Source: Verrucomicrobiota bacterium (lineage in GTDB: Bacteria; Verrucomicrobiota; Verrucomicrobiia; Limisphaerales; CANJXF01). From it: a stretch of 64,000 nucleotides of DNA. The stretch spans positions 1-64,000 of the forward strand of contig JBBQRQ010000001.1 of the NCBI GenBank assembly GCA_038214755.1, given 5' to 3'. Positions 19,033 through 28,801 of this stretch are shown here, piece after piece; the first letter of the stretch is position 1, and each line of letters opens with the position of its first letter. The notes beneath the pieces were generated by a model, which was not told the DNA's origin, did no database searches, and saw only the letters and a program-made list of their open reading frames with translations. A program made the translations under genes and the position numbers.

Positions 19033-19929
19033 TTATTTCGAATTGCCCGAATCGTTTCTGCGATACGATTTTTTATCAGTCCCGGCTGGCTCATTTGCTG
19101 AGTTGCTCGCGCTGGAATCCGGCGCCCATTTTTGCAACATCGACAAATGTTTGCGCAATGTTGGCAAAGTCGATTTGGCGAAACGGCTGATGTCCGAGTC
19201 ATCTGAACGAGCGGCTTGCTCGAATTTTGCGATGCTCTTTTTATGTCCCTGCACCATGTGCTGGGCGTAGGCTTTATCGAATTCCTCCCCCGACAATCCC
19301 GAAATATGATCGATCATCCCCTGATGTTTGGAATTGATTTCGGTGGAAAGAGACACACCTTTTTTCTGAGCTAGCTCCTTGACTTGCTCATTCAATTTTG
19401 AGTGGTCTCTGACCAATTTCATCGAGACATCTTTCAACTCGGGGTCTTGCGCCTTTTGTGTTCCAAGCTGCGCCATATTTACCTCCGCTACGCCGTTTCG
19501 GGCGACTTCCTGAAGAAACGTTTCCTTGTCGAAAGCTCCAGCCCCCGCTGGCTCCGAGATTTCCCGCCGCGATGAAGAAGAATAATCGCGCGTTTGCCGC
19601 GTTCGATTTTCATCGGTGTCCAAACGTGTCGCATCGGTTTGGGCGATGCTCCTCTTTTCATGGCCGCGCGGGCTGCCCGGCGAGAGACCCTGTGAATCAT
19701 ATTCCGTGTAGCGCGCCTGTGTCGCGTAACCACTTCGAAACATGTTGCGCTGTTCGTCCGCGCGTTCCATTGCCTTCGGGCTGCCGGGCCGCATGCTTTC
19801 GGGACAAGTGCGGGTTTCTATATTCTCCGAGGTTTCCCTGTGCTCCCAAGTGTGGTTGGCAAATGAGGCGGTTGTCCCAACCGTGAAGCCCGCCGCGATA
19901 ATGAGTCCGATAACTTTTTGTTTTTTCAT
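19033..19929 (-). CDS. Secreted DUF4142-domain protein
   Basis: Signal peptide; AEVNMAQLG, DHSKLN, FDKAYAQHMVQGH, TLPTLRKHL. Confidence 0.85.
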   Translation of the reverse strand: MKKQKVIGLIIAAGFTVGTTASFANHTWEHRETSENIETRTCPESMRPGSPKAMERADEQRNMFRSGYATQARYTEYDSQGLSPGSPRGHEKRSIAQTDATRLDTDENRTRQTRDYSSSSRREISEPAGAGAFDKETFLQEVARNGVAEVNMAQLGTQKAQDPELKDVSMKLVRDHSKLNEQVKELAQKKGVSLSTEINSKHQGMIDHISGLSGEEFDKAYAQHMVQGHKKSIAKFEQAARSDDSDISRFAKSTLPTLRKHLSMLQKWAPDSSASNSANEPAGTDKKSYRRNDSGNSK

Positions 19930-20125
19930 AATAATTTCCGTAATTTTCGTTTTAGTTTGTCCGAAGAGTCAATGGTGTTGCCCATTGACTGTTTCTTGAA
20001 TTAGTAAAACGTAAATTTCCCGGAGCCGGCGGCAAGGCGGGTAAAACATGATTCCTCACTGGGAAAATCCGCCAAGCTGCCTTCCGTAAATTATGGCAGG
20101 ACGGCGGGGAGTTCGACCAGCCGGT

Positions 20126-20884
20126 TCACCAGGAAGCAAAGTCATCCACGAACGAGGTGACCTCTTGGACGATGCCGGCGAGAAATTTTTTTCCTTTTTC
20201 GGCGGAGGCAATTTCGGGCCGGCCCACCACGCCGCTGCCGGAAATTTCATGGAACTCGTTCACAAAATAAATCGGGCGGGAATATTGCATGTCCGCCCGG
20301 CGATAAATATCCGTCTGTTCCGGCCCATCGGGTCGCGCGCGATTCATTTTCACACGGGCTGGATGCAAGTGGAGCATGAGCGACGTTTCCATTTCGCACG
20401 CGTGACCCAACCCGCCCAACTCCGAGTCGCGCACCGCTTTAATGCTTTGCGCCGCGAGTGACCAATAGGACGCGAAGACAAATTTCGACTTCGGAAATTC
20501 CGTTTTCAATTCGCGCATGGCCGCGCGAATGGGAATGTCATTTCCACCGTGCCCATTGAGCAGAAAAATTTTCTTTCCGCCCATGCTGACAATCGAGCGG
20601 CAAAGTTCGATGACCAACTGAATGTAGGGCATCTGGCTGACGCTGAGTGTTCCCGGAAAAAAAAGATGATGCGTCGAATGGCCCGGCCACAAAGTAGGCA
20701 GGCAAAGAATTTTTTCAGCGCGATTTTTCTCCAAGCGCCGGGCGATGGCGGTGACGAGGTCGGTGTCCGTGGTGAGCGGCAAATGCGGTCCGTGCTGTTC
20801 AAAAGAGCCAAGTGGAAACAGAACTATTTTGTTTCCGACCTTGAGCGATTTTACCTCAGGCCAGGATAAATTTTCGAGCAACAT
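20126..20884 (-). CDS. Creatininase family protein
   Basis: GSFEQHGPHLP, NGHGGN, HACEMETS. Confidence 0.92.
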   Translation of the reverse strand: MLLENLSWPEVKSLKVGNKIVLFPLGSFEQHGPHLPLTTDTDLVTAIARRLEKNRAEKILCLPTLWPGHSTHHLFFPGTLSVSQMPYIQLVIELCRSIVSMGGKKIFLLNGHGGNDIPIRAAMRELKTEFPKSKFVFASYWSLAAQSIKAVRDSELGGLGHACEMETSLMLHLHPARVKMNRARPDGPEQTDIYRRADMQYSRPIYFVNEFHEISGSGVVGRPEIASAEKGKKFLAGIVQEVTSFVDDFASW

Positions 20885-20938
20885 GCTTTTGTGAAACGTT
20901 GCAAAGGTTGCGGGCTGTGGCAACGGATTATCGCGGGG

Positions 20939-21110
20939 CAAATCAGAAATCAGAAATCAGAAAGAAATCCGAAATCCAAAACCCGAAAACCAAAGCGTCG
21001 CGGGACTGCGCTCTTCGCCGAACCCTTTCCAAGACTTTCGTCGGAAGGCATCTTCCTTCGGTATTCGGCCTTCGGTTTTCTTTCGGTTTCGTGGATTTGG
21101 ATTTCGGAGT
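20939..21110. repeat. Inverted heptamer arrays (aaatcag/aaatccg versus ttcgg..gatttcgga)
   Basis: Seen in the divergent intergenic region. Confidence 0.65.
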
Positions 21111-21172
21111 CGGAGTTAATCGAATTCCGCTTTGCCTCCTGTCGCGTAGAGTTTAGTTTTGCCTTCGCCAAC

Positions 21173-22444
21173 ATGAAAGTTGATCTCGCTTACGGCCACG
21201 GCCACTTACAACTCAATTTGCCCGACGAACGGACGACGGTCATCATGCCTTCGCACAATCCGGGCGTGCTGGATGAAAAAGAAGCCGTCCGGTTGGCGCT
21301 GGAAAATCCGATTGCTTCAAAGCCGTTGAGCGAATGGATCAAGCCGACCGACAAAATCTGCATCGCCTTCACCGATATCACTCGCGCCACTCCGAACGAA
21401 CGGATCATTCCGTGGCTGCTCGAATACCTCGCAGCTTTTCCACGCGAAAATATTACGTTGCTCAATCAACTCGGAACGCATCGGCCCAATACAAAAGCCG
21501 AACTGGAAAAATTGCTCACGCCGGAGGTGGTAAAAAACTATCGGGTCATCAATCACGAACCGGAAAATCCCGCGGCGTTAAAACAATTTGGAACGACGAG
21601 CGACGGAACGCCCGCCTTGATCAATCGCCATTTGGCCGAAGCGGACGTGCGCATCATCACTGGATTCATCGAGCCGCATTTTTTTGCCGGGTTCAGCGGC
21701 GGCATCAAAGGCATCATGCCCGGTTGCGCTGGACTCGAAACGGTGATGAGCAATCACGGCGCGAAAAACATCGGCCACGCAAAAGCGACTTTTGGTATCA
21801 CGGAGGGCAACCCGCTTTGGGAAGAGCTACGGGATATCGCGCTGCGGATCGGGCCAAGTTTTCTTTTCAACGTGACGCTGAACGAGCAACGGGAAATCAC
21901 CGGCGTTTTTGCCGGCGATATTTTGGAGGCGCACAGAATTGGATTTGAATTCGTGCGCAAATCGGCGATGCAAAAAGTCAAAGCGCCTTTTGAAATTGTG
22001 GTCACGACCAACAGCGGCTATCCGTTGGATTTAAATTTATATCAAGGCGTCAAAGGCATGAGCGCCGGCGGGAGAATTTTGGAAGAAGGCGGTCTGCTGA
22101 TTCTTGCCTGCGAATGTCGTGAAGGGGTTCCAGCCAACAGCCCACTCGATCAATTGCTGCACAGCGCATCGAGTCCGGAAGAAATTTTGACGATGCTTTC
22201 CACGCCAGGTTTTGTCCGACCGGAACAATGGCAGGCGCAAATTCAGGCGCTCATTCAACGCCGCGCGGAGGTTCTGCTTTACAGTTCGCTGCCGGACGAA
22301 ATTGTGCGCCGATGTTTTCTCACGCCGTGCCACGACATTGAAAAAGCGGTTCAGGAGAGATTGGAAAAACTGAGGCCGCAGGCGCGCGTGGCCGTTCTTC
22401 CGCAAGGGCCGCTGACGATTCCATATTTACAAAGTTTTTTTTAA
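21173..22444 (+). CDS. larA: Nickel-pincer-dependent lactate racemase/epimerase family protein
   Basis: DITRATP, LGTHRP, IEPHFFAGFSGGIK, GYPLDLNLYQGVKGM. Confidence 0.85.
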   Translation: MKVDLAYGHGHLQLNLPDERTTVIMPSHNPGVLDEKEAVRLALENPIASKPLSEWIKPTDKICIAFTDITRATPNERIIPWLLEYLAAFPRENITLLNQLGTHRPNTKAELEKLLTPEVVKNYRVINHEPENPAALKQFGTTSDGTPALINRHLAEADVRIITGFIEPHFFAGFSGGIKGIMPGCAGLETVMSNHGAKNIGHAKATFGITEGNPLWEELRDIALRIGPSFLFNVTLNEQREITGVFAGDILEAHRIGFEFVRKSAMQKVKAPFEIVVTTNSGYPLDLNLYQGVKGMSAGGRILEEGGLLILACECREGVPANSPLDQLLHSASSPEEILTMLSTPGFVRPEQWQAQIQALIQRRAEVLLYSSLPDEIVRRCFLTPCHDIEKAVQERLEKLRPQARVAVLPQGPLTIPYLQSFF

Positions 22445-22460
22445 ATTTAGACTGTGAAAA

Positions 22461-22703
22461 ATGAAAGCGGAAACTATGCGGCAGATATTGGGTTCTACCA
22501 AACCGCCGCTGAGTTTTTATTCTTCGGATGGCCGGATACTTTATGTGGATCATCCAGAGCAAGTCATCGTTAGCGAGGGCTTGATTGCAATCGGCTCCGC
22601 CATGGACGAAAATGGCGCGCTCAAAGAAATTGTTTTGTTGAATCCCGATCACATCAACCGCATTGAGCGAACCAAACGCAAAGCGCTCCCGCGCGCCGCG
22701 TAA
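22461..22703 (+). CDS. Small hypothetical protein (family resembling 8858/9373)
   Basis: SSDGRILYVDHPE motif. Confidence 0.65.
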   Translation: MKAETMRQILGSTKPPLSFYSSDGRILYVDHPEQVIVSEGLIAIGSAMDENGALKEIVLLNPDHINRIERTKRKALPRAA

Positions 22704-22705
22704 AA

Positions 22706-22768
22706 TCAGTTTTTCACGCAGCGAAATCCGGTGTGTGACAATCCTGTGTCCGGCGAAGTTTTCATCCG
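22706..22768 (-). pseudogene. Stranded 3' end of the FGE-family gene (second allele of 23681-23743)
   Basis: Encodes RMKTSPDTGLSHTGFRCVKN*, identical to the gene C-terminus; 8 of 21 codons differ, all synonymously. Confidence 0.9.
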
Positions 22769-22823
22769 TGTATTTGTTTTCATTGAGGTTGACCACGTTC
22801 CCCCCTGATGACAATTTGTCATC

Positions 22824-23132
22824 GTGCGGCTTATCAAGAAAAGCTTTTTGATTCAAAAGCAGAAAGAATTTCCAAAGGCGGCAAAGTATTTGCGGGGATG
22901 GCGCGGTGTGGTCGAAGCAGCGAAATGGCAAAACATTGTCGATGTGCGAAAAACCTACGCCAGCGCGGACGCCGTTCGAGTGAAAAGCGGGAGGAATGTG
23001 GTCATATTCAATGTTGGTGGGAATACCTATCGGCTCATTGCCGCGCTGCATTACAATCGGCAGATTGCTTATACGCTTAAATTTTTAACGCACGCTGAAT
23101 ACAGCGAAGAACGATGGAAAGACGAGTTATGA
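22824..23132 (+). CDS. higB: HigB-family toxin
   Basis: VIFNVGGNTYRLIA..FLTHAEYS. Confidence 0.88.
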   Translation: MRLIKKSFLIQKQKEFPKAAKYLRGWRGVVEAAKWQNIVDVRKTYASADAVRVKSGRNVVIFNVGGNTYRLIAALHYNRQIAYTLKFLTHAEYSEERWKDEL

Positions 23133-23560
23133 AAAACAGAAATTCCTCGAAACTTAACTTCACAAGTTTGCCGAAAACTTATTCGCGCTTAGTGAACCTG
23201 CACATGTTGCGCCCGGTTCACGACCACGTTGAACTTAAGAATGCGCTGGAAATACTCGATGTCATGGCCGGTCAAAAACTCTCGGCGGAACAGGACGATT
23301 ATTTTGAAGCGCTTTCTACATTGGTCGAGGCATACGAAGGTCAGCAGCTTCCAGCCACAAAATTGAGCGGTCTTGAATTGCTGCAACATTTAATCGAAGC
23401 AAACGACATGTCAGCGGCAGATTTGGCCCGCTTGCTGGACTGCGATCGAAGTCTCGGGGTGCGTCTTCTCAGCGGCGAACGTCAACTGAACATTACGCAC
23501 CTCAAAAAATTATCTGCGCATTTTGGTTTGCCCACGCAACTTTTTCTCGAGCTGGACTAG
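23129..23560 (+). CDS. higA: HigA-family HTH antitoxin
   Basis: LSTLVEAYE, C-terminal HTH, LSGERQLNITHLKKLSAHF; ATGA coupling to higB. Confidence 0.88.
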   Translation: MKNRNSSKLNFTSLPKTYSRLVNLHMLRPVHDHVELKNALEILDVMAGQKLSAEQDDYFEALSTLVEAYEGQQLPATKLSGLELLQHLIEANDMSAADLARLLDCDRSLGVRLLSGERQLNITHLKKLSAHFGLPTQLFLELD

Positions 23561-23577
23561 AAGATCTTTCATAGGTT

Positions 23578-23649
23578 GTAGCCGCCGACGTGAGGAGGCG
23601 GATTCGAGATCTTTTCAGCCGAAATCCGCCTCCTCACGTCGGCGGCTAC
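23578..23649. repeat. REP-like perfect palindrome
   Basis: Same family as 13112-13188. Confidence 0.9.
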
Positions 23650-23680
23650 GGGTGTTGGACTGATGACCCAATTGTAGGTT

Positions 23681-24763
23681 CTAATTTTTCACGCAGCGAA
23701 AACCGGTGTGCGACAGCCCCGTGTCCGGCGAAGTTTTCATGCGAGCGCTCGGACGATAACCCGTGCAATAAAGTTCACTGCACAAATACGAACCGCCGCG
23801 CGTCACCCGTTTCGAAACACCAGGTTCGTTTGGATCAAAACTATCATTTGGCCCGGGCGGATTTTTCTGCGCGCTCTGCTCGTAATAATCAGGCCGATAC
23901 CAATCGGCGCACCATTCCCAGACATTTCCGGCCATGTCATAAAGCCCGAATTGATTCGCCGGAAAAGTCGCGACTGGCGACGTGAGACGAAAACCATCGG
24001 CCAATAAATTTTCGTTCGGAAATTTTCCCTGCCAGATATTCGCCATCCATTTGTTACCGGGAACTTTTTCCTGGCCCCAGACGAACGGCTGTTTGTCCAA
24101 TCCACCGCGCGACGCGTATTCCCATTCCGCTTCGGTCGGCAAACGTTTGCCCGCCCATTTGCAATAAGCCATCGCGTCATCCCAACAGACCTGAACGACG
24201 GGATGCTTTTCCATTCCTATGAGATTTGAGTCAGTCCCCTGAGGATGACGCCAGTTCGCGCCCGGCACATAAGTCCACCAGGCATAATGATTTTCCAGCG
24301 AAACTTCTCCCGGCGGTGGCGTGAAAACAATCGAGCCTGGAACTAAATTTTCCGGCGGCACACCGGGGAAATCTTTCGGGTCCGGTCTGCGTTCGGCCAC
24401 GGTGACGTAATGCGTGGCGCGCACAAATTTCTCGAACTCCTCATTCGTCACTTCTGTTTTATCCATCCAAAATCCCTCCACGGCGACTTCATGAATTGGC
24501 TTCTCATCTTCCTGTCCGTCGTCGGAACCCATCCAGAATTTTCCAGCGGGAATCCAAACCATGTTGTTGGTGTCGGGCGGCGAAATAACTTGGTGGCCGA
24601 GTGCGCCGGGCTTGTCGAATTTTTTGGCAGAATCTTTGTTCGCCATTTTCGTCGTCACGACCGAACCCACCGCGACGCCGACTAAAACAATCGCAAAGAT
24701 GGCGATGATTTTCCCTGTGGAAACTGCGTTTGGATTCTTCGGTGTTTTCTTTTCTTTTTTCAT
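23681..24763 (-). CDS. Formylglycine-generating enzyme (sulfatase-modifying factor) family protein
   Basis: FWMGS, EVTNEEF, RLPTEAEWEYA, GNVWEW, RGGSYLCSELYC, GFRC. Confidence 0.93.
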   Translation of the reverse strand: MKKEKKTPKNPNAVSTGKIIAIFAIVLVGVAVGSVVTTKMANKDSAKKFDKPGALGHQVISPPDTNNMVWIPAGKFWMGSDDGQEDEKPIHEVAVEGFWMDKTEVTNEEFEKFVRATHYVTVAERRPDPKDFPGVPPENLVPGSIVFTPPPGEVSLENHYAWWTYVPGANWRHPQGTDSNLIGMEKHPVVQVCWDDAMAYCKWAGKRLPTEAEWEYASRGGLDKQPFVWGQEKVPGNKWMANIWQGKFPNENLLADGFRLTSPVATFPANQFGLYDMAGNVWEWCADWYRPDYYEQSAQKNPPGPNDSFDPNEPGVSKRVTRGGSYLCSELYCTGYRPSARMKTSPDTGLSHTGFRCVKN

Positions 24764-24777
24764 TTTTCTTTTTGGAC

Positions 24778-24950
24778 GGAGCGCCGGTTTGCCACCGGCT
24801 TTTGGCGATGCACGAAGGAGCGCGGAATTTATTCCGCTTCAGCTCGATCACGGTTTGTAATCACCGCACACACCAACGATGCGTCGCGTTGAAGCGGAAT
24901 AAATTCCGCGCTCCTTCGCAATCCAAAGCCGGTTGCAAACCGGCGCTCCC
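24778..24950. repeat. Nested palindromes (REP inside REP)
   Basis: Outer ggagcgccggtttgc/gcaaaccggcgctcc; inner gaaggagcgcggaatttattccgcttca/tgaagcggaataaattccgcgctccttc. Confidence 0.85.
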
Positions 24951-24975
24951 GGCGGTCATAGACGCGCCGCTACAA

Positions 24976-26586
24976 TTACTCTTTCACCTTGCGGCTTTCG
25001 TAGCTGGACAATCTGTCTGCAACGATTCCGCGTCTAACCAATTCCGTTTCGGGAATCGCGCCCATATCATGCGTCTCGACAATCCAGTTGTCCAACGCGG
25101 TGCGAAGCTCTTTCAATTTCGTTTCATGTTTTTTGTTTCCGACGAGATTGTCGATCTCGTGCGGATCGGCATTGCAGTCGTAAAGTTCTTCCTTCGGTTT
25201 GGTCGGAGCGAAAAAAAGTTTTTGCGCGTCGTTTAATTTTCCTTCGGCGTTCCATTTTCGCCAGACCTGCATCGTCGGCATTTCTTCGCCGTAAGTGATG
25301 CGTTGCGCGTAAGGCAATTGCGGCTCGAAATTGCGAATGTATTTAAATTGTGTGTCGCGCACGGCGCGAATGCGGTCGTAAGTTTCGTCCATGCGATCGC
25401 GCGCGGCGAAAATGTATTTTCTTTTTTGGGCTGGCTCGCCGAGAAAAACAATTCCCTGCATCGGAGGATAAAACGTTTTTGCGTCATTCGTTCCGCCAGG
25501 AACGTGCGGCCGAGTTCCACTCGGCAGATGCGGGGAATCATTTCGCGACTGAGAATCTCCCGAAAGAATCCCGGCAGCACTTTGCACTCCGGCCAAACTC
25601 ATCATCGTTGGCGCGAAATCAATGAAGCTCACCAAATCATCCCGCACTTCGCCGGCTTTAATTTTTCCCGGCCAGCGCACCATCAGCGGGACATGAATCC
25701 CGCTGTCGTAAACCCAGCGTTTGCTGCGCGGCAAACCGCGGCCGTGATCGCCCGTGAGAATCACCACCGTGTTCGACGCGATGCCCCATTTCTCCAAAGT
25801 GGCCAGCACATCGCCCATTTTTTTATCCACTGCCGTGACGAGGTCATAGTAATTCGCCAGATCGCGGCGGACTTCAGGCGCATCGGGATGATACGGCGGC
25901 ACGATCATTTTTTTCGGATCGTGACGTTCGTTGGGTTTCAATTTTTCAGTGAGCTTGGCGAAAGTCTCAGCGTCGGCGCGGATTTTACTTTCGTGCGACC
26001 AGGTGATGTTGAAAAAGCCGAAGAAGGGTTCCGTAGGTTTTTTCTGCGTCCAATCGGTGCGAACATCAAACGCGTTCGGCGGTATCTCGAAATTAAAATC
26101 TGTTTTGCCAAAACCCGCTTTGGTCGGCCAACAAATCGTGTAACCCGCCTTCTTCAAATACTCGGTGAACATCGGCGGCGGCTTGAGCAATTGCGAGCGC
26201 ATGTGATGCGTGCCGATGGTGGTCGGATATCGCCCGGTGATCAGTCCCGAACGGCTCGGCGCGCAAACCGGCGCGTGGGTGAAGCAATGCGTGTAGCGCG
26301 CGCCTTCGCGAGCGAGCCGATCCATGTGTGGCGTGATGGCGTTGGTATCTCCATAGCAACCGAGTTCCGGCCCCATGTCCTCGCCGATAATCCAAATGAT
26401 GTTCGGGCGCGTGTCAGCAGCATGAAGATTTGTCGCGACCAAAAATAAAAAAAAGAAGGAAAGAAAATGGAAGAGAAGTTGATTGGGTGACGAGGGGGAA
26501 ATTTTGCGAAGCGCCCCGATTTCTTTCGGCTGACCTAAATCCAGATTGATGGGAAGAATATTTTCGGCAGGGCGAATATTTTTCAT
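24976..26586 (-). CDS. Sulfatase (Cys-type)
   Basis: RPNIIWII, CAPSR signature, GDHG, ELYD; start uncertain. Confidence 0.9.
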   Translation of the reverse strand: MKNIRPAENILPINLDLGQPKEIGALRKISPSSPNQLLFHFLSFFFLFLVATNLHAADTRPNIIWIIGEDMGPELGCYGDTNAITPHMDRLAREGARYTHCFTHAPVCAPSRSGLITGRYPTTIGTHHMRSQLLKPPPMFTEYLKKAGYTICWPTKAGFGKTDFNFEIPPNAFDVRTDWTQKKPTEPFFGFFNITWSHESKIRADAETFAKLTEKLKPNERHDPKKMIVPPYHPDAPEVRRDLANYYDLVTAVDKKMGDVLATLEKWGIASNTVVILTGDHGRGLPRSKRWVYDSGIHVPLMVRWPGKIKAGEVRDDLVSFIDFAPTMMSLAGVQSAAGILSGDSQSRNDSPHLPSGTRPHVPGGTNDAKTFYPPMQGIVFLGEPAQKRKYIFAARDRMDETYDRIRAVRDTQFKYIRNFEPQLPYAQRITYGEEMPTMQVWRKWNAEGKLNDAQKLFFAPTKPKEELYDCNADPHEIDNLVGNKKHETKLKELRTALDNWIVETHDMGAIPETELVRRGIVADRLSSYESRKVKE

Positions 26587-26828
26587 GGGCAAAGATTTAT
26601 TTGAAAACCGGTTGGCAAGCGAATCCATTTTCGGAGCGAAGATGTTTTGATTGGTTGAGCAGCCGAGAAAACTTGCAGGAGTTGAAGAAGCCGCTGTAGC
26701 CGGACGATTCCGTAAATCCAATTCGATTACGAATGGATACGAATGAACCCCAAGCAAAACATTCGCACACCCGCTTCGGCTCAAGACAGAGGACTGGGGC
26801 ACATTCGTGTCGTTTCCTGGTTTCCGCA

Positions 26829-28313
26829 TCAGGCTCCAGTCGCTCGTTTAATTTCCTTCAACTTTTGAAACTCCGGTTTCTCCTTGTAATATTGATCGAG
26901 TGGGTAGCAGCCGCTGATAAGCCCGTTTCGTGGCGCAGTCGTGCAATCGCTGAATGTTCGACAAATAAATTTCGGCGTGAGTTCTCCGCGCGAAAGGGCG
27001 TCGGCGAAAATCGTTGGGTAGCTCAAAACCATTCTGCCAATTCCAACCATGTCCGTCCATCCGTCGCGCAAAACAGCTTGCGCGACGTGCGGCAAATATT
27101 CCTGGAGATAGCTGTAGCCGGAGCCGATCAAAATTAAATTGGGCGGCGCTTTGCCTTTCACCTGGCGGACAACGGAGATTTGCCGCGCGACATCGATCAG
27201 CGGATCGTGCGCGGGTTGATACCCATCGGAAGGCGGATAGGCGGCGGGGCGTTGGATGTGCGGATTATAGTAAGGGGAACCCGCGCTGAGATTCAATAGT
27301 TTGATGCCGAGTTCGCCGCAGAGTTGCGCAAACTGAAACGTTTCTTCCAATTGAAATTCGAGCGGATTGTCTTGGTTTGCGCCGAAGGCGAATGGATAGG
27401 GCAGCGGAAATTCTTCGGGAACACCCGGCCCCAGTTTTCCAGGTTGGGCGCGCGTTGGATCAGGTTTGAACGGAACAAAATCAAAGGCGCTTAGACGCAC
27501 GCCGAGTTCAATTTTATTTCCGCTGGCGCGAAGGCCTTGCACAATTTCGCGGAGGATGCGCGTGCGATTTTCAAAGGAGCCGCCGTATTTTCCGGGTCGG
27601 GTAAACGCGCTCAAAAATTCGTGCAGCAAATACCCGTGACAATGTTTGATGTCCACGAAATCCGCTCCGATGTCCGACGCGATTTTCGCCGCATCGATGT
27701 ATTTCAAAATCAGCTTCTCGATTTCAGCGTCGCTCAAGATTTGCGCGTCGCTCGTGACATTAAATTTTTTATCGAGCACTGGATGGCGATACGCGACGCG
27801 CGGTTCCCAGTTTTTTTTGTCGTTGGGCCGACAGAAACGTCCTGAGTGCGTGAGTTGAAAGCCAACGACCAGATCGTCGATGTTTCCATAACGTTCGCGA
27901 TGCGCGGCGATGAGCGTTTCGCGCAACTTCGCGATGCCCGATTTATTTTCCTCATTGATGAGGAGTTGGTTTGGATTGGCCCGGCCATCGGGACGTATCG
28001 CCATCGCCTCGCCGCCATAAATCATCTTCGCTCCGCTTTCGCCGAACCGCTGCCAGCGCCGAATCATTTCTTCGGTGACGCCGCCCGTCGTTGTCCCGTC
28101 CCAACCTTCCATCGGTTGAATGGCGAATCGGTTGCCGATTGGCTTTCCGTTGATTTGAATTTCGGGAACTGGCTGCGCCAGAGGCGAAGCGGAACCGACT
28201 TGGATTTGTTCGTCACAAGGCAGTTCCAGTTCGAGTGATCTCAGATGTTTTTTAAAATCGACAACTGTTTTGAGAGTGGGGATGCGCGTCAATTTGAATG
28301 GCGAGTCGGTCAT
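26829..28313 (-). CDS. NADH:flavin oxidoreductase (old yellow enzyme family)
   Basis: NRFAIQPMEG, QLTHSGR, HGYLLHEFLS, YGGSFENRTR. Confidence 0.9.
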   Translation of the reverse strand: MTDSPFKLTRIPTLKTVVDFKKHLRSLELELPCDEQIQVGSASPLAQPVPEIQINGKPIGNRFAIQPMEGWDGTTTGGVTEEMIRRWQRFGESGAKMIYGGEAMAIRPDGRANPNQLLINEENKSGIAKLRETLIAAHRERYGNIDDLVVGFQLTHSGRFCRPNDKKNWEPRVAYRHPVLDKKFNVTSDAQILSDAEIEKLILKYIDAAKIASDIGADFVDIKHCHGYLLHEFLSAFTRPGKYGGSFENRTRILREIVQGLRASGNKIELGVRLSAFDFVPFKPDPTRAQPGKLGPGVPEEFPLPYPFAFGANQDNPLEFQLEETFQFAQLCGELGIKLLNLSAGSPYYNPHIQRPAAYPPSDGYQPAHDPLIDVARQISVVRQVKGKAPPNLILIGSGYSYLQEYLPHVAQAVLRDGWTDMVGIGRMVLSYPTIFADALSRGELTPKFICRTFSDCTTAPRNGLISGCYPLDQYYKEKPEFQKLKEIKRATGA

Positions 28314-28356
28314 GGGGAAATTATTTCCAGATTTTGCCGAAGGGGAAGTCTGGTCT

Positions 28357-28630
28357 TACTGGGCATGGTGACAACACATAGGTAACACTTTGATGACAAC
28401 ACATGGGTGACGCTTTGTGCGATAAATACGGCAGGAAAATGCTTTTTGGTCGTCCGGCCGAATTGCTACAGTCCTCAACGCAAACCCCGTATTTCTTGCT
28501 TTTAGGGGCTTGCGTTGAGGTCTGTAGCAATTCTCGTTTAAGCCCGAGAGGAGCCTTGAAAACATTGAAAGTGTTACCCATGTGTTGTTATTGTTTTGTA
28601 ACCCATGTGTTGTCATCGTGCCCTGCGTAC
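28357..28630. mobile_element. Non-autonomous MITE-like element with doubled terminal inverted repeats and an internal hairpin
   Basis: Left gggcatggtgacaacacataggtaaca..tgacaacacatgggtgac; right gttacccatgtgttgt..gtaacccatgtgttgtcatcgtgccc; no transposase. Confidence 0.65.
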
Positions 28631-28749
28631 GTTTTCCTCCCGAGCGCGGGTAGAGCGAGACCCCGTCGAGATCCATTCAAAATTTTTTACTCCGATTAAA
28701 AAGAGAACAGGCCAAATCTCGACGGGAGTCTTGCTCTACCTGGTTTTGC

Positions 28750-28785
28750 AAAAAAAAGCGGCGTTGCTTTTTCGACAACGCCGCT
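28750..28785 (-). terminator. Rho-independent terminator of 28802-31102
   Basis: agcggcgttg/caacgccgct 10-bp stem with an A-run on its left (U-tract on minus strand). Confidence 0.75.
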
Positions 28786-28801
28786 CCGCCTTTCCGCGGA
28801 A

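Noticed and set aside
20891..21172. 94-aa N-terminal extension of LarA
   Set aside because: It is read-through of heptamer repeats; the family-like sequence starts at MKVDLAYG (21173).
26587..26829. Long N-terminal extension of the sulfatase ORF
   Set aside because: Low-complexity, repeat-like intergenic sequence upstream of the signal-peptide region.
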